This document shows positions 55,936-64,000 of a stretch of DNA of 64,000 nt, piece after piece (the stretch's first letter is position 1; each line of letters opens with the position of its first letter). Source of the stretch: Eledone cirrhosa (lineage: Eukaryota); contig OZ024743.1 of assembly GCA_964016885.1 (NCBI GenBank), positions 28,024,001 to 28,088,000 on the forward strand. Direction: 5' to 3'. The position numbers were made by a program, and so were the translations under genes. The notes beneath the pieces are model-generated. The model was not told the DNA's origin. It searched no databases and was given only the letters and a program-made list of their open reading frames with translations.

Positions 55936-56951
55936 TAATTGGAGATTGTCTCCGCATGTGTTTCTGTCTGTACCTGTATATCTATGTCTTTGGCATATGA
56001 TGGTATATTTTGACCAGGGAGATAATTTCGAGGGTTACACATAGCACTCTTAAATTTTGTGGTACAAGTTTGAGACGGGGAGAGAGAGAGAGAAAGAGAG
56101 AGATAGAGGAGGGCAGAGAGGTATAGAGAGAGATGGAGTTATTGATAGTTAGTTAAAATGAGAGCGAAAGCGACTCAATGTGATAAAAGATGGGATTATT
56201 TTATGAGTGTTACACTCATGGTTTGAACGGTGGAAGGAAGCGATTGATCTGTGGTTGGCAGTGTCGGAAAAAGTGTCGGAAAAGTCTCATCATCCAATTC
56301 CCAACGATGAGGCATTGTTTCTTTATTAGAAGAATTCAAATCATTTAAAAAAATTACATATATACATATACTTACATATACATATACATACACACTCACA
56401 CATTCAATGATCTTTAATCTTTTACGAACTTGACGTGACATGTTCACTTTTGGTCCATAATTCTTACGAAATGTAGTAATAGATTCCAATCAAGTATTCT
56501 GATTTCTTTCGATTATCTTTGTTTCACAGGAATCCGTTTGATGCAAATTTTTCCTGGTACATCTATGATATAGGAACAGGAAATGTAAATATTTAGATAA
56601 CGACGCGCGATAAGATCCATATAGCCGATTGTTTGTTATCTGTATTGATTTATAGAAAAGATTCAACCAAAATCTACAGACTTATATTGACTTTGTTCGT
56701 CTTAACTCACCGCTGTGTTTGTGTAAATTGATTACCATTTTATCATCTTATCGGATATGCTTAAAAATGGTTATTTCCGTTTCCGGGAAACCTAACTGTG
56801 ATAATATGTATACATAGAGTTATTATGTATTTCGATATTTTTCCTTTTTTATATTATTATTTACACATATAACACATATAGACACATACAACATGTCATA
56901 TATTTATATATGTGCATATGCATATATATAAATATAGGTAATTAATATATG

Positions 56952-57000
<49 letters not shown>

Positions 57001-57041
57001 GGAAAATGACCGGCACACACAAACGCACATATGTATATATG

Positions 57042-57110
<69 letters not shown>

Positions 57111-57116
<6 letters not shown>

Positions 57117-58068
57117 GGAAGCAGAAAATTGCTTATTGTGATCCAGTTCGTGGTTAAGAAAGCCAGTTTCATGGACGGTTTCAAAGTACGGTTAGGGGTA
57201 ACTCCACAAGTTTGTAAGAATTCCGTTCAATCTTGGAGTATGAAGTATAAAAGAGAAAACACAGGTAAACATTAAGAGAAGGATTTTATCCAGGTATTTA
57301 CGACCGTTTCATTGGTAAGTGCAACCTTATATTGCTATACTGCAAATAACAGCCACTCAATTATAATTGTTGTTCATGTCCAAATTTTCAAAATAGTGAG
57401 TGAGTTACTCTTGAAATAGTTCTTAATATATAGAGAAAAACATTTTTTTGGAATTGTATTTACTAGTATAGAGAGAGAAGAAGAGGAATTAGAAGGTGAG
57501 GGGACAAACGGAATAGTATAGAGAGAGAGGAAGGGGGAGAAGAGTTAGGAAGTAGAGTGACAAACTGAGATGGAGGGAGGGGTAGAGGTGGAAGGATTCC
57601 TTGATCAGTTTTGATATGTAAACTTCATGTCGTGGAATGTAGTGAGTTAAAGAGAATTAAATTGATCATAGTGGGAGGGATGGATAGAGAGAGAGAGAGA
57701 GAGAGAGAGGGGGAGATATAAAGAGATAAATATATCTATAAAAAATAAAGATAAAAATAATAATGACAAAAATAAAAGCAAAGAAGGGGGAGAAAGAAGA
57801 AAAGAAAGGATGCCAAAAAGAGGAGAGAAGGAAGGAAAAAGACGAAGAAATAGAAAAGGAATGAAGGAGAAGGGAGGGATATAGGTATTGGTTTTTGTGG
57901 GTAATTAAAAGGGTTTAGATACAATAAGAGGGTATAAAGTCTAAGTATATGCAGTTTATCAGTTGGTAGTAAGAGGTTAAAGGTTCGATTTGCACTTGTA
58001 GTTCGAAAACTTTTCTTTGAGTCTATGGTTACAATAAATTGATCTTTCGATTTTATTGTTGAGTTATG

Positions 58069-58071
<3 letters not shown>
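57111..58071 (-). mobile_element. PLE 3' fragment with U3-A8 HHR-like motif
   Basis: NNKIERSIYCNHRLKK at ~58010-58065 parallels the C-terminus of ORF 43796-44149; TATT-TTGAAAA-TTTGG..CCAAT-GAA-ACGGTCGT-A-AATA at 57295-57395. Confidence 0.6.
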
Positions 58072-58155
<84 letters not shown>

Positions 58156-58424
58156 TTACGTGTGTAATTGTGTGTAATGACACGTATCTAATTTTTTTTC
58201 TATTTTGCCTTCTATTTTTTCTATTTTCCTCCGCCGTTAGGATGACATAATGGTACAATTTCCAATTCCCTTACATAAAAATTGGCAATACAATGTATAA
58301 AAGACAGATGCCCTCACATCTTAGTAATCGATAGATGTAATTCGGAAAATTAAAACATCTCAAGTATTGTTAAATATTGGATGAAGAATTAAAACTAATA
58401 TTAGTGACTCACTAATATTATTTC

Positions 58425-58615
58425 TTCGGTGGATTCTTAGTATCGGTAGAGAGTTAGACAACATGCTTTGCAGCATAGAGTTATGGCCATTTACGTTCAG
58501 AGTTCAAATCCCGCCGAGGTTAATTTTGCTTTTCATCCTTACAGGGTCGATAAAATAAAGTACCAGTAATGTACTGAGATAATTGCTGACATTGTGCCAA
58601 AAGTAGAAACAATTA
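58425..58615 (+). mobile_element. tRNA-derived SINE (18461 family)
   Basis: B box GAGTTCAAATCC, central domain and tail present. Confidence 0.85.
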
Positions 58616-59701
58616 TTTCTTTCCTGTCTTTATCTTAGTACCTTTGATGGCAGATTCGGCAAAACATCGGATAATATAGTGCCCCTCTTTATTTCGTTTT
58701 GCTCTGTTATATCCTTAGTTCGAATCCCATATTATGCAACCTTTGAATATCATCTTTCTACATATTGATAAGATAATTAACAGACAAATAGACGGATCAA
58801 TATAATCGACATTACTCTCTGCCTATATTTCTGTTTTTGTGAACTATCATAAAAGATTATTAATAGCACAAAAAAAAACGACACAACAATAGGAGATTGC
58901 ACTGAAAGTTTACAATTCACGGAGACCCACAATGGAAGAATTAGCTTACATCACATGTCAAAGTATTCCTGATTGATTACAGTCATGCATTTGTACACTC
59001 TGAAACTTAGAGTGAAATCAAAGTTGGTATATTTTACTTGCAAGAATAGCAAGAAGCAAATGGAATTAAGAGATGACTACCAGCTTAATTGATTGATACT
59101 CTCAAAACAAAAATAAAATGTCTAACCAAACCAACTCTCAGCACGTATACTGAAACAGAAAAAAGAAGGCGGGATAGCATATTTATAAGATTGATTAGAG
59201 AAACATTTGATGTTGAAAGGACAGATGAAGAAAATAGGAAGAAAATAGCAATTAATGAGGATAATGTTGGAAGACGAAAATAAAAATATAGAAAACGAAA
59301 GTTAACGCTTATACAATGTGAGAAGTATAGAGTGAATAAGAGAAGCTATAAAAACTGACTTAATGTTTCTGCACATAGGAGTTGGTACAAGTACATCTGC
59401 AACACAAGAAGCATAGTCTGTACATTTGCACTAATAGGATGTTAATATTTTTGGATATATGCAAATGTAGAGAACAGGGAATCTACAAAACACAACTGAA
59501 ATGTTTAATATTTAACGCAATTATTTCAGGATAACATCTATTATCACATAGAATTTTCTTAAAGGCGTTGATTTACTACTGATCTCAACGTTTTAGGTTG
59601 CACGCAGTACCAACCCCACACAGAGGAAACACAAACACGCCCTATATACAGTGTAATGCATACAAACAAGTGTCTCTCTCATTCCGCCCTCTCTCACTCT
59701 A

Positions 59702-59751
<50 letters not shown>

Positions 59752-59836
59752 TCTTTATTAGCCACAGGGGCACAAAAGAAGGGGACAAATACAAAGGGGT
59801 AAGTTTACATACAATAAAAACGTGTAAATATATATA

Positions 59837-62798
<2,962 letters not shown>

Positions 62799-63286
62799 CG
62801 CGCGCGCACATATAGGCCTTTATGTATGTAGACATATATGCATTCATGCATATATATGTATGGATATGTGTGGCGCGTGGGGCGTATGGAAGTGTTACTT
62901 TATAATAATGTCTATGTATATAGGAATGTATATGTAAATTCGTGCATAAATTTGTGTATGTCTAGGTAAATAGATTTTGGTATTTACATGGAGTAAATCA
63001 GAGAGTGTGTTTTGAATATCAATATTACAGCATGGTAATTTCGAAGAGATTGTTGTACGTTTCAGAATGTTTAAAACTTTTGCTATGTATAGCTCAGCAG
63101 TTTTAAGTTCTATATAGGCTGGGGAGAGATTTAGCTCAAAACTATGTTTTTGAGTCACTCTTGTAAATTTTCAGTTAACGTTTAATATATATACTCAGCT
63201 TCATGTATTGAGTTTCTTCAGTTTGTACCATCAAACTTACATATATCTAGATATCTAGATACACACACACACACACACACACACAT

Positions 63287-63321
<35 letters not shown>

Positions 63322-63324
<3 letters not shown>

Positions 63325-64000
63325 GATATTAAACAAATGGAAACTATATTTATAAAACCATATTTATTTCGTTATATATATTTCCGGGATATCACATTAA
63401 AAATATGGTATGCCTTCCTCAGACAAAATACAATATATAAGCCGTTTTATAAATAATTTTGACATACCCTAGAATAATGCAACTTCCATTTAAAAAGTTG
63501 ATTTGGTAGTGAAACTGTTGAGGACAGTTATAGAGAAAGAAAGACGACACCTGGCTTGACCTTGTGGAAGGGAACTGGGAAGGTCATTGAGTGGTTTAAT
63601 GAAATTAAATATAACAATAATAATAAATTTATTCAACTAGATATTGCTAACTACTATTCATCCATTACCCCTAATCTACTAAATAAGGCACTAAATTACG
63701 CATTCAAACATACAGACCTAACTACCAATGAAATGCACATTATATTATCGGCTAGGAAAACATGGATAGAATTTAATAACCAACTATGGACTAGGGCAGA
63801 TAGAGATAATAATTTCGACATTACTATGGGATCATCAGACTCAGCTCAGGTAACGGACCTTATGGGCCTATTTATAATTAATTCGCTGCATAGGAAAATA
63901 CCCGGTGTTACCGGAGGTTTATATAGAGATGACATGCTTTTACTTATTGAAAATAATAACTCTGAACTAAATAGAAAAAGAAAACAAATTATACAATTTT
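63322..64000 (+). mobile_element. PLE: inverted family B pLTR (63322-63485) followed by an RT-coding region running off the window
   Basis: Open frame from ~63502: VIEWFN..FIQLDIANYYSSIT..FDITMGSSDSAQVTDLMGLFI..GLYRDDML (absent from the ORF track because it has no stop in the window). Confidence 0.85.

Overview
This is AT-rich, repeat-dominated eukaryotic DNA with no recognisable host gene exon. The SINE families and dense (TA)n tracts resemble an octopod cephalopod genome (inference). Coding relics, nearly all disrupted, are: a full-length Tx1/L1-clade LINE and a 5'-truncated R4/Dong-like RLE LINE sharing one (TAA)n tract; an internally deleted Helitron; a Charlie-type hAT with intact TIRs and 8-bp TSD; several Penelope-like elements (PLEs); and CRE, RTE and RLE fragments, plus tRNA-derived SINEs and MITEs. 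The ORF track misses the most striking structure, a large set of short, mostly ORF-less modules inserted in (TA)n tracts. These carry minimal type I hammerhead ribozyme (HHR) motifs, usually with palindromic stem III, and some have a compensatory U3-A8 core. They share one architecture: two oppositely oriented copies of the same end, one stopping about 45-95 nt short of the other. Some are circularly permuted or tandem units, and one starts almost exactly at its predicted self-cleavage site, suggesting PLE-mobilised, retrozyme-like RNAs. All calls were made by eye; coordinates may be off by a few bases.
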